Below are positions 19,524-28,063 of a stretch of DNA of 44,491 nucleotides, one piece after another. Below the pieces are notes generated by a model. It saw only the letters and a program-made list of their open reading frames with translations, was not told where the DNA came from and did no database searches. The DNA is from Candidatus Woesearchaeota archaeon (GTDB taxonomy: Archaea; Nanobdellota; Nanobdellia; UBA10117; ARS21). The stretch spans positions 1-44,491 of the forward strand of contig JABIPN010000017.1 of the NCBI GenBank assembly GCA_018698915.1, given 5' to 3'. Numbering within the stretch: the stretch's first letter is position 1; every line of letters begins with the position of its first letter. The position numbers and the translations under genes were made by a program.

Positions 19524-20074
19524 TGGGACTAGCAAGACACCAAAGAAAAAAATACACATCACCAAACCACCCTTGGAAAGCTGATAGAATTGATGAAGAA
19601 ACTGAAATCGTCAAAGAATACGGCTTTAAAAACAAGAAACAAATTTGGAAGATGGAATCCATTCTAAGAAATTATAGAGTTCAAGCTAGAGAAATTGTAG
19701 GTCTTCGAGGAGAACGAAAAGATCAAGCACTTAATACTTTAATTACAAAATTAGTCAAACTTGGACTAGTAGAAAAAGGAGCTACTGCAGACAATGTTCT
19801 AAATTTACAACTTCGAGATTTACTTGAACGGAGACTTCAAACGGTTGTATACAAAATGGGATTATCAAATTCAGTTAATCAATCAAGACAATTTATTCTA
19901 CACAAAAAAGTTACAGTAAATGGAACTGCACTAACTTCACCATCATATTTAGTTAGAGAGGGTGACAAGATTGCATTCAAAGAAGGATTTTCACCAGTTC
20001 TTGTTGAAGTAGTTGAAAAGGCTCCAAAAACTGAAGAAAAAGTAGAAGTTAAACTTCAAGAGGTGAAGGAATAA
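19523..20074 (+). CDS. rps4: 30S ribosomal protein S4
   Basis: PNHPW, LLERRLQTVV, PSYLV. Confidence 0.97.
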   Translation: MGLARHQRKKYTSPNHPWKADRIDEETEIVKEYGFKNKKQIWKMESILRNYRVQAREIVGLRGERKDQALNTLITKLVKLGLVEKGATADNVLNLQLRDLLERRLQTVVYKMGLSNSVNQSRQFILHKKVTVNGTALTSPSYLVREGDKIAFKEGFSPVLVEVVEKAPKTEEKVEVKLQEVKE

Positions 20075-20469
20075 TGGCAAAAGAAGGACAAACAGGAATT
20101 GCACACATTTACTCCTCTTACAATAATACTATATTACATATCACAGATATGACTGGCGCAGAAACAATTGCACTAGTTTCAGGTGGTCAAGTTACAAAGC
20201 AACAAAGATTAGAAGCTCATGCAAACACTTCAATATTTATGGCAAAAAACGCAATTAATACTGCAAAAGTAAAAGGAGTAAACAAATTACATGTTCGAGT
20301 TAGAGCTCAAGGAGGACACAATGGTTCAAGATATCCAGGTCCGGGAGCACAACCAGCAATCAGAACACTAACAAAGAATGGAATGAAAATATTATCAATT
20401 TCAGACGTCACACCAATTCCGCACGGTGGATGTCGAAAGAAAGGCGGAAGAAGAGGTAGAAGAGTATGA
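20074..20469 (+). CDS. rps11: 30S ribosomal protein S11
   Basis: AHIYSSYNNT, PGPGAQ, DVTPIPH..GGRRGRRV. Confidence 0.97.
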   Translation: MAKEGQTGIAHIYSSYNNTILHITDMTGAETIALVSGGQVTKQQRLEAHANTSIFMAKNAINTAKVKGVNKLHVRVRAQGGHNGSRYPGPGAQPAIRTLTKNGMKILSISDVTPIPHGGCRKKGGRRGRRV

Positions 20470-21113
20470 AATTTCAAATACTTAATTCAACAGATAATGA
20501 ACTTCAACTGGTTGTTGAAGATGTATCAGAAGCTTTGATGAATATAATCCGAAGAACAGTTTCTTTCGAAGTACCTACTTTCGCAGTAGAAGAAGTTTAT
20601 TTCAAAGAAAATACGTCAGTATTATATGACGAAATCCTTGCACACAGAATAGGATTAGTTCCACTAAAAGTTGATAAAGGAATATTTGTAATGAAGGATC
20701 CAAAAGTTGAATTAACTTTAACAGTCGAAGGTCCAAAAGAAGTAACTTCAGCAGATTTGAAATTAGAGGGAAAAGGCGTAGAAGCACTTTATCCAAAAAC
20801 ACCACTAGTTAAAATTTCAAAGAATCAAAGAATTGAACTCAGAGCAGTTGCAATTCCCGGAACAGGAAAAGAACATGTAAAATGGTCTGCAGGTCATGCC
20901 TACTATTTCCACTATCCCTCAAAAGCAAAAGGTTCAGAAAACCTCGAAAAACTACGAAAAATGGTAGACGAAGAGGAAATAGGAACACTTAAAAACCAAC
21001 CAAATAAATTCATACTTGTAATCGAAAGCTGGGGACAGCTTGAACCAAAAGTACTGCTTAAGCAGGCTCTAAATAAAATCGGAGCAAACTTAAGTGAGTT
21101 GAAGGTAAAGTAG
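20466..21113 (+). CDS. rpoD: RNA polymerase subunit D (Rpo3), without Fe-S domain
   Basis: EVPTFAV, NTSVLYDEILAHRIGLVP, GKEHVKW. Confidence 0.95.
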   Translation: MKFQILNSTDNELQLVVEDVSEALMNIIRRTVSFEVPTFAVEEVYFKENTSVLYDEILAHRIGLVPLKVDKGIFVMKDPKVELTLTVEGPKEVTSADLKLEGKGVEALYPKTPLVKISKNQRIELRAVAIPGTGKEHVKWSAGHAYYFHYPSKAKGSENLEKLRKMVDEEEIGTLKNQPNKFILVIESWGQLEPKVLLKQALNKIGANLSELKVK

Positions 21114-21121
21114 ACCCTCAC

Positions 21122-21205
21122 GCACGAGTGCCAGAGCGGTCAAATGGGCTGGGTTTAGGTCCCAGTGGCTTAGTGCCTTCGCAGGTTCGAATCCTGTCTC
21201 GTGCA
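21122..21205 (+). tRNA. tRNA-Leu(TAG)
   Basis: Acceptor GCACGAG/CTCGTGC, anticodon arm CTGGG-TTTAGGT-CCCAG, long variable arm. Confidence 0.95.
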
Positions 21206-21231
21206 TAAGATTCACAAAGGAAAAAAAGAAA

Positions 21232-21564
21232 ATGGAAACAAACATACACTTGAAGCTGTTAATTGCTAGCCTTAGAAAGAAGTCTGACTTCTGGAATGAG
21301 GTGTCAACAAAGCTTTCTGTACCTGCAAGAAAAAGAGTTACAGTAAATTTAGGTAGCTTAAATGAATATACTGATGGGGAAACAGTAGTTATCCCTGGAA
21401 AGTTAGTGGCAGGCGGACAACTTACAAAGAAACTTAACATTGCATGTTGGAGATTCTCAGAAGCTGTTCTTAACAAAGTAAAGCAATCAGGTTCAAAGTT
21501 AGTGTCCCTACACGATCTTTCAGCAAAGGATGAGAAAGGCGACAAATTGAGGATAATTGCATGA
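21232..21564 (+). CDS. rpl18e: 50S ribosomal protein L18e
   Basis: VTVNLG, VVIPGKL; canonical position. Confidence 0.93.
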   Translation: METNIHLKLLIASLRKKSDFWNEVSTKLSVPARKRVTVNLGSLNEYTDGETVVIPGKLVAGGQLTKKLNIACWRFSEAVLNKVKQSGSKLVSLHDLSAKDEKGDKLRIIA

Positions 21565-21983
21565 AAGTATACGATGCATCCGACTTAGTTCTTGGTAGAT
21601 TATCAAGCGTAGTCGCAAAGGAAGCACTATTAGGAAAAGAGATAGTAATTGTAAATTGTGAGAATGCAATTGTTACTGGATCAAAGAAAGCAATTTTATC
21701 AAAATTTGAAAATTTCAAGAATATTGGAAAACCATTTCATGGACCCTTTACTCCAAAATTCCCTGACAGAATTGTCAGACGATCAATAAAGAGAATGTTA
21801 CCTTACAAAACATCAAGAGGAAGCATAGCATATAAAAAAATTATGTGCTATTTAGGGATTCCAAATGAATTCAAAGATTCAGAATTACAAACAATTGAAT
21901 CGGCAAACTTATCAAAACTTAAATATTCACAATATATGAAGATTGGAGATTTCGCAAAAATAATTGGTAAATATGGTAAGTAA
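21561..21983 (+). CDS. rpl13: 50S ribosomal protein L13
   Basis: DASDLVLGRLSSVVAK, PDRIVRRSIKRMLP. Confidence 0.96.
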   Translation: MKVYDASDLVLGRLSSVVAKEALLGKEIVIVNCENAIVTGSKKAILSKFENFKNIGKPFHGPFTPKFPDRIVRRSIKRMLPYKTSRGSIAYKKIMCYLGIPNEFKDSELQTIESANLSKLKYSQYMKIGDFAKIIGKYGK

Positions 21984-22383
21984 ATCAAACGTAACTGTAG
22001 CAAGCGGAAAACGGAAGCAAGCAATAGCTAGAGCAATCTTACGACCAGGGAAAGGAAATCTAAAAATTAATAGCACTCCAATTTCAGAGTATCAACCAGA
22101 AATGTTCCAGCTAAGAATGCAGGAACCAATCATAATCGCAGGTGACATCGCTCAAAAAGTTGACATCCAAGTTAACATTAAAGGCGGAGGCCAATCTGGT
22201 CAAGCAGAAGCAGCACGTCTAGCAATCGCAAGAGCTCTTGTTAAGCACTCAAAATCTGAGGACTTAAAGAAAGCATATCTTGATTATGACAGACATTTAG
22301 TTGTTGCAGACGTTAGAAGAAATGAACCACACAAACCTAACAAATCTTCTCCAAGAGCCAAGCGACAAAAATCGTACAGATAA
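21973..22383 (+). CDS. rps9: 30S ribosomal protein S9
   Basis: GKRKQAIARA, GGGQSGQAEA, RAKRQKSYR; ATG at 21973. Confidence 0.97.
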   Translation: MVSKSNVTVASGKRKQAIARAILRPGKGNLKINSTPISEYQPEMFQLRMQEPIIIAGDIAQKVDIQVNIKGGGQSGQAEAARLAIARALVKHSKSEDLKKAYLDYDRHLVVADVRRNEPHKPNKSSPRAKRQKSYR

Positions 22384-22384
22384 A

Positions 22385-22582
22385 ATGATAATTCCAGTAA
22401 GATGTTTTTCATGCGGAAAGCCAATCGCACACGAGTGGCAGGCTTTCAAAGAAGAAAAGAAGAAAGGCGGAGATCTAAAGAAAGCTTTAGACAAAGCAGG
22501 TCTTAAGAGACAATGCTGTAGAGCAATATTCATGTCTCAAGTTGATGCAATAGACATAATTTCAAAATATCAACGAGGATAG
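22385..22582 (+). CDS. rpoN: RNA polymerase subunit N (Rpo10)
   Basis: MIIPVRCFSCGK..CCR; ATG at 22385. Confidence 0.96.
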   Translation: MIIPVRCFSCGKPIAHEWQAFKEEKKKGGDLKKALDKAGLKRQCCRAIFMSQVDAIDIISKYQRG

Positions 22583-22612
22583 ATTTATTAATTCCTCTTG
22601 CATAATTTTTTT

Positions 22613-23677
22613 ATGACTTTTGGGCAATTCAAACGACATGGGCTTGTTTTTATGTGGGAGACCAAAAAAGGTCTTCGAATATTAGATTCAATTGCTAAGC
22701 GATTTAGAACTATTCTGAAATATTGGTCCTATCTAGGAATTCTAATTGGATTTTTGGGAATGGCTTTCATTTTTTATACTCTAACAAAATCAGTTTATAC
22801 TCTTTTAATTGGAGTTTCAGCAGCACCCGCAGTTTCACTAGTAATTCCTGGAGTTAAAATGGCAAATGGAATAAGAGTACCATTAATCGAAGGAATTCTG
22901 GCACTAGTAACGTTACTCTTCATTCACGAAGGAGGGCACGGAGTAATATCTCGAGTACATAATATTAAAATAAAATCGGCAGGAGCAGGATTATTAGCAA
23001 TACTACCTTTTGCATTTGTTAGACCTGATGAGAAAAAATTAGCCAAATCACCACTAATACACAGGCTATCGATGTATGCGGCAGGACCTTGGGCAAATAT
23101 AACTTCAGCAATTCTCGCAGTATTAGCAATGATGTTTCTAGTAGCACCAGTAATGACAGGAGCATTCGAAACAACAGGTCTCGAAATTATGGGTACTGAA
23201 GAAGGACTACCTATGCAAGAAGCAGGAGTTGTAACGGGAGATACTTTATTAGCAATTGATGGACTAATAATAACTGATTATCAAGAATTTATCAAACAAA
23301 TTTCTGAGAAAAACCCAGGAGACGTGACAACATTCACATTACAAGATCGAGAATTAGAAGTAACTGCAACTAATAATAATAATAATGAAGCAGGATATTT
23401 CGGATTTAGTTTCTACCCAAAACTTGAAGCTACAAAATGGTATTCAAATAGTCTATTAAGATTCTCAAAATTTCTAAATTGGTTCTTCATTCTAAGTTTA
23501 GGAGTAGGATTATTTAATCTATTACCAATTCCAATTCTTGATGGTGGAAGAATGATGAAAGACGGAATTTCCGCAATAATTAAAGACAAAATACGCGCAA
23601 ACAAAGTCTTTATGTATCTTTCTTTGCTTAGTACGGGAGTCTTAATTGGAGCCATCGTGCTACCATTTATGATCTAA
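22613..23677 (+). CDS. Site-2 protease (M50 family) with PDZ domain
   Basis: HEGGH, AGPWAN, NLLPIPILDGG; start uncertain (TTG 22598 or ATG 22613). Confidence 0.9.
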   Translation: MTFGQFKRHGLVFMWETKKGLRILDSIAKRFRTILKYWSYLGILIGFLGMAFIFYTLTKSVYTLLIGVSAAPAVSLVIPGVKMANGIRVPLIEGILALVTLLFIHEGGHGVISRVHNIKIKSAGAGLLAILPFAFVRPDEKKLAKSPLIHRLSMYAAGPWANITSAILAVLAMMFLVAPVMTGAFETTGLEIMGTEEGLPMQEAGVVTGDTLLAIDGLIITDYQEFIKQISEKNPGDVTTFTLQDRELEVTATNNNNNEAGYFGFSFYPKLEATKWYSNSLLRFSKFLNWFFILSLGVGLFNLLPIPILDGGRMMKDGISAIIKDKIRANKVFMYLSLLSTGVLIGAIVLPFMI

Positions 23678-23723
23678 CGACATCTTTAATTATGAGTGAT
23701 GCGTTAATACATACCCGGCATAA

Positions 23724-24353
23724 ATGTTAAGTATTGATAAAATAAAAGAAATAGTCGAAGACATGGGCATTGAGCTCGATGAACAGACTCAGGAAATTCT
23801 AGAAATATTATCAAATACACCAATAATTTCTGAAAATGAGATAGCAGAAAAATTGGAAATAAAAATTAATGCTGCAAGAAAATCTCTTTACAAATTACAT
23901 TCAGCAGGATTTGTTGAATACACTAAAGAAAAAGATGCAGAGAAAAAATGGTGGTATATTTATTTCTGGAGTTTAAATCAAAAGAAGCTTCTTGATATTT
24001 ATCTGCGACATAAACAAAAAATAGTTAAGAAAAATGAAGAAACAATTGTCGCTGAACGTGAGTTCGAATTCCAAACAAAAGATGGTGCATTAAAATTCAA
24101 ATACGAAGAGGCTCTTGCCAACGACTTTGTTTCTCCTGAAAATGGAAGACCTCTAGTTCAAATTAATAATCTTAATTTTATTCAACAACTTGAAACTGAT
24201 ATTCAAACATTAAATACACAAATTAATGACATTAAACTTTTACAGGAAAAATATAAAGAAGAAATGACTAAACTAATTGTTGCTGAGGAAGTTCCTGAAG
24301 AACCCAAAAAGAAACCAAAAAAAAAGATAGTAGCAAAAGTAGCTAAAAAATAA
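23724..24353 (+). CDS. tfe: Transcription factor E (TFIIE-alpha homolog), Cys-free
   Basis: wHTH 'ENEIAEKLEIKINAARKSLYKL', 'WYIYFW', ribbon-like 'FKYEEALANDF.SP..G.PL'. Confidence 0.88.
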   Translation: MLSIDKIKEIVEDMGIELDEQTQEILEILSNTPIISENEIAEKLEIKINAARKSLYKLHSAGFVEYTKEKDAEKKWWYIYFWSLNQKKLLDIYLRHKQKIVKKNEETIVAEREFEFQTKDGALKFKYEEALANDFVSPENGRPLVQINNLNFIQQLETDIQTLNTQINDIKLLQEKYKEEMTKLIVAEEVPEEPKKKPKKKIVAKVAKK

Positions 24354-24357
24354 ATTC

Positions 24358-24430
24358 TAGCCCTGCCCGGATTTGAACCGGGGTCCCGAGATCCAAAGTC
24401 TCAGATGATTGACCACTACACTACAGGGCT
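24358..24430 (-). tRNA. tRNA-Gln(TTG)
   Basis: Minus strand AGCCCTG..TGAGA-CTTTGGA-TCTCG..CAGGGCTA; A1-U72 as in archaeal tRNA-Gln. Confidence 0.95.
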
Positions 24431-24477
24431 ATAATGTTCTATCAAATAATTTATTTAAAAGAGTTGTGATAATAAAT

Positions 24478-24495
24478 CCTGCCCCGAAGGGCAGG
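24478..24495 (-). terminator. GC-rich cUUCGg hairpin followed by a U/A-rich tract
   Basis: Minus strand CCTGCCC-TTCG-GGGCAGG then ATTTATT. Confidence 0.6.
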
Positions 24496-24555
24496 TCCCC
24501 GGCATTTAAAATTTCCCAGTTTAAGAGAATATGACGAGTCTTGAAGGCATGTTTA
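24478..24555 (-). other. Putative small transcription unit: sRNA or 9-aa peptide (ORF 24550..24521, MPSRLVIFS)
   Basis: TATA-like TTTTATTAA 20 nt before the ATG, 3' UUCG hairpin, no larger ORF. Confidence 0.45.
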
Positions 24556-24570
24556 CAGTACAATATTCCC

Positions 24571-24625
24571 TTAATAAAAGATTATGAACCGAATCTAAAG
24601 AATGACTTTTCATAAGCCTTTTAAG
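24571..24625. promoter_or_regulatory. Divergent promoter pair with inverted repeat TTATGAA-N20-TTCATAA
   Basis: ttatgaa 24582-24588 and ttcataa 24609-24615, each next to an outward-facing TATA-like box. Confidence 0.55.
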
Positions 24626-24647
24626 ATGTATCACTAAATAGTAACTA

Positions 24648-25340
24648 ATGGTCAACTTTATACTAAGTCCGGCTTGGTTTATAGGAATAGATGCAGGTTT
24701 TGAGACAGTTACAATGGCTGTTGCAGCATTAATTGCTCTAACAAGTCTAAAATTCTACAGACTGAGTAATATGAAGAAGTATTATTATTTCGGAATGGCT
24801 TTCGGACTACTTGCAACTGCATTTGCAACAAAAGTATTTACAAATCTAATAATTTATTATAATTTTATTGAACAGAATTCCTTTGGGATTGCTCAAACAG
24901 TTCACAAAGCAATTGGACCTGCAACTAATTTCTTCAGCACAGGACTGTTAGGGTACAGATTATTAACCTTAGGCGCATTACTAATATTATACTTATTATT
25001 ATCTAGAAAGATTAGGACTTCAAGATCAATCAAAAGTTTACTAATATATTTTGTATTAATTGCATCAGTATTCAGCACGCAAGTAACAATAGTATTTCAT
25101 CTAACTGCTGCTGCATTTTTATTCTTCATTTCAATGTTAACACTTAAGAAATATTATCAAAGACGAGCTAAAAATGCAAAATACACTTTAGCAGCATTTT
25201 CCATGTTAACAATAAGTCAACTAATATTTATTCCAGGAATATATTTTCCATTAGCATATGTAGTAGCACAAGTAGTTCAATTAGCAGGATTCATAACAAT
25301 GCTATTCACATTTCGGAAGGTGAAAAATGAGAAGAACTAG
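24648..25340 (+). CDS. Uncharacterised ~7-TM membrane protein (possible sensor)
   Basis: Seven hydrophobic segments by eye; overlaps the downstream wHTH gene. Confidence 0.75.
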   Translation: MVNFILSPAWFIGIDAGFETVTMAVAALIALTSLKFYRLSNMKKYYYFGMAFGLLATAFATKVFTNLIIYYNFIEQNSFGIAQTVHKAIGPATNFFSTGLLGYRLLTLGALLILYLLLSRKIRTSRSIKSLLIYFVLIASVFSTQVTIVFHLTAAAFLFFISMLTLKKYYQRRAKNAKYTLAAFSMLTISQLIFIPGIYFPLAYVVAQVVQLAGFITMLFTFRKVKNEKN

Positions 25341-25593
25341 AATTGATATAATTAATGATATGTTATTAGCAATTGTTAACAAAGGAGGATCAATAAAACC
25401 AACGCATCTTCTTTACAAATCAAATCTTTCTCACACTTTAATGAAAGAATATATTAGAGAATTAATTTCAAAGAAACTTATTATGGAACAACCAGAAAAA
25501 CGAGGAAAATCATTTAGAATTACTGACAAGGGTAGACAGTTTTCAAGAGAGTACAAAAAGATGAAAGAGTTCCAAGAGTCTTTCGGGTTATAA
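25327..25593 (+). CDS. Small winged-helix transcriptional regulator (ArnR1/HTH_45-like)
   Basis: RRTRIDII.D.L, 'PTHLLYKSNLS', 'FRITDKG' wing. Confidence 0.88.
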   Translation: MRRTRIDIINDMLLAIVNKGGSIKPTHLLYKSNLSHTLMKEYIRELISKKLIMEQPEKRGKSFRITDKGRQFSREYKKMKEFQESFGL

Positions 25594-27099
25594 TTTCTTA
25601 CCCATATACCAACCATCTCGTGAATAGCCATGAACATTTTTGTAATATTCCCGAACACCGACGCCAGATATAACTAACATTTTCTTTCTTCCAGCTTCAC
25701 GAGCAATCTCTTCAGCTTTCTTCATAAGTTTTGTTCCCCAACCTTTGTGCTGAGTGTCTTCACCTTCATCCCCAATTCCAGTCACACTTCCATAAACGTG
25801 CAACTCTCGAAGCATTGCTTCAGGTCTTTCACCAAGACGCAATCTACAGAATCCCAATATAATATCTTCCTCTTTATCTTCAGCAGAAATGAAATATTCA
25901 TCTCCACCACTTGATCGATATTTCTCAACAAACAATTCAATATTTCTAGCAACCTTTCCAGTTCGCTTGTAAACTTGACCGGCTTCTCTAAATCGAATTT
26001 CCTTAACTGGATAATTCTCCTCAATCAAATTTGCCTCAACATATTCTCGCAAGTTACCTTTCTTAGGTCCAGCACCAATGTACTGCGCAGGAATATCTCG
26101 TTGAACTCTCATCAGTCGAGTCCACTTTGGAGCTCTTCGATAAGCTTCTTCGATAACTTTAATATAATACTCTTCATCCTTTGGTTCATATTCTCCAGCT
26201 TTCCATTGATCATACAATTCAGTATCTGGCATAACTAAAGTCGGATAAATCTTAAACATGTCTGGACGGAAATCTTCGTTCTCAAAAATCTCAGTCATCA
26301 TTTTGACGTCCATTTCAAAGGTTGTTTTTGGAAGTCCCGGCATAATATGATAAAGAATTTTGTAACCAGCTTCTTTCAAAACTTTAACAGCATCCTTGAA
26401 TTGCTGAACGGTGTGTCCACGATTAACTGCTTCAAGAACTTCATCAGATATTGACTGCAAGCCCATTTCAATCCGAGTGCAACCAAGTTCCAAGAACTGT
26501 TCAGGGAAAATCCAATCTGGACGAGTTTCAACAGTCAAACCAATACATCGATTTTCTGCAGTTTCATTCTTCTCTTGAGCTTCAGCGAGAGTTTCAGAAA
26601 TCTCACCGTTCAAACCATCAAAAGATCTCTTAACAAAATCTTTCTGATAATCCCACTCATAAGATGGAAAAGTTCCACCCTGAATAATAATTTCATTTTT
26701 GTCAGTCAAGTGACCTGTTCGTTTCAAAGCCGAAACTCTTTCAGTAACCGTTTTGTAAGCGTCATAATTATTTCGGATTGAACGCATTGTTGAAGGTTCA
26801 AAACCAGTATAACTCTTCGGAGCATTTTTACCTTCAGGACAGAAAGTGCATCTTGCCGGACAACCATTTGGTTTAGGCATAATTGCAATAATAGAAACTC
26901 CGGCCATACTTCTAGTCGGTTTAGTATTCAAAACCATGCGAAGTTTTTCTTTCTGCTCAGAATTACAAGCTTTCCAAATATGAACATTCAAAGGAAATGT
27001 TTCAAGCGTGCCATCACGAACATATTTCCGTTTAATAGATTCAACTTTGTTCTTAGTAAGTTTCTCAGTTTCAACTAATTCCTGAATCAATGTTTGCAT
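25588..27099 (-). CDS. elp3: Elp3 tRNA U34 carboxymethyltransferase (radical SAM plus KAT domain)
   Basis: KPTRSMAGV, CPARCTFCP, QGGTF, ETRPD, RELHVYG, QHKGWG, VISGVGVREYY; start moved to ATG 27099. Confidence 0.95.
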   Translation of the reverse strand: MQTLIQELVETEKLTKNKVESIKRKYVRDGTLETFPLNVHIWKACNSEQKEKLRMVLNTKPTRSMAGVSIIAIMPKPNGCPARCTFCPEGKNAPKSYTGFEPSTMRSIRNNYDAYKTVTERVSALKRTGHLTDKNEIIIQGGTFPSYEWDYQKDFVKRSFDGLNGEISETLAEAQEKNETAENRCIGLTVETRPDWIFPEQFLELGCTRIEMGLQSISDEVLEAVNRGHTVQQFKDAVKVLKEAGYKILYHIMPGLPKTTFEMDVKMMTEIFENEDFRPDMFKIYPTLVMPDTELYDQWKAGEYEPKDEEYYIKVIEEAYRRAPKWTRLMRVQRDIPAQYIGAGPKKGNLREYVEANLIEENYPVKEIRFREAGQVYKRTGKVARNIELFVEKYRSSGGDEYFISAEDKEEDIILGFCRLRLGERPEAMLRELHVYGSVTGIGDEGEDTQHKGWGTKLMKKAEEIAREAGRKKMLVISGVGVREYYKNVHGYSRDGWYMGKKL

Positions 27100-27175
27100 A
27101 AAACAATCCCAAAATCCAAGTTTAAAACAGTTAGGATTGAGCAACTCTTATATACAACAAAAAACATAGCAAGAC

Positions 27176-28063
27176 ATGTTCTTCAAAAGTAAGAAGCCCT
27201 TTAAAGATACTTGGTGGAAAAAGGCAATAAGAATATTTGGTTATATTGTTGCAACATTAACAGTAATTCTTTTAGTTACTGGCGCCCCAGAAGATACAAG
27301 AGATGAAGTTAGAGTAATTCCAATAACTGGCGCAATTTTTTCAGGATCAGATAGTTTTTCTTCAGACACATTCTCAGATGAAGTTATAGCTCAACTAGAA
27401 TATGCACAAAATAATAAACAAATTAAAGCAGTTATCTTAGAAATTGATAGCCCAGGAGGAACTGTTGTAGGTTCAAGAGAAATATCAAACGCAATTGAAG
27501 ACTTTGATAAACCAATAGTAACGTGGATGAGAGAAAGTGCAGCCTCTGGAGCATATTGGATTGCAGTATCAACAGAGCATATAGTTGCAGATCCCGCAAC
27601 ATCAACTGGTTCAATTGGAGTAACGGGATCTTATTTACAATTTTCAGGATTACTAGATGATTATAATGTAACTTATGAACGGTTAGTTTCAGGAGAGTAC
27701 AAAGATACTGGATCACCATTTAAAGAGTTAAGTCAACAAGAACGAGATTTAATCCAACGAAAAATCAATCTCATAAATAATATGTTTATTGAACACATAG
27801 CAACATCAAGAGGATTAAGTAAGTCATATATTCGCGGATTAGCAACAGGCGAAATATTTCTCGGAGTTGAAGCATTAGATAAAAAATTAATTGATTCATT
27901 GGGTGGAAAAAAGGAAGCAGTTGGTATTGCAGTAGAATTAGCAAATTTAGACGACTATCAAATTACAAAATATGAAAAGTCGACGTCAGTATTCGATAAA
28001 TTATTTTTCGGAAAAAATGATAATGAATTATTTTCTAAAACTTCATTCGGACTCAGAGCTTAA
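27176..28063 (+). CDS. sppA: Signal peptide peptidase SppA (S49, short type)
   Basis: N-terminal TM, IDSPGG, AASGAYWIA, TGSIGV, SGEYKD. Confidence 0.93.
   Translation: MFFKSKKPFKDTWWKKAIRIFGYIVATLTVILLVTGAPEDTRDEVRVIPITGAIFSGSDSFSSDTFSDEVIAQLEYAQNNKQIKAVILEIDSPGGTVVGSREISNAIEDFDKPIVTWMRESAASGAYWIAVSTEHIVADPATSTGSIGVTGSYLQFSGLLDDYNVTYERLVSGEYKDTGSPFKELSQQERDLIQRKINLINNMFIEHIATSRGLSKSYIRGLATGEIFLGVEALDKKLIDSLGGKKEAVGIAVELANLDDYQITKYEKSTSVFDKLFFGKNDNELFSKTSFGLRA

Noticed and set aside
20466-21113. RpoD without the Fe-S domain
   Set aside because: Known, widespread variation among archaeal Rpo3 proteins
2939-22533. Many minus-strand ORFs of 60-170 aa over the ribosomal protein genes
   Set aside because: Antisense shadows of well-identified genes, with Phe/Leu/Ser-rich composition from A-rich codons
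24455-24505. Second minus-strand micro-ORF MPGTCPSGQDLLSQLF
   Set aside because: It runs through the hairpin and the tRNA promoter, and its sequence is explained by the RNA structure
24530-24610. Plus-strand ATGACGA as box C of a C/D guide RNA
   Set aside because: No correctly spaced CTGA box D was found
26830-26865. Elp3 Fe-S motif CPARCTFC (CX3CX2C rather than CX4CX2C)
   Set aside because: Spacing varies within the Elp3 family and matches the general radical SAM motif
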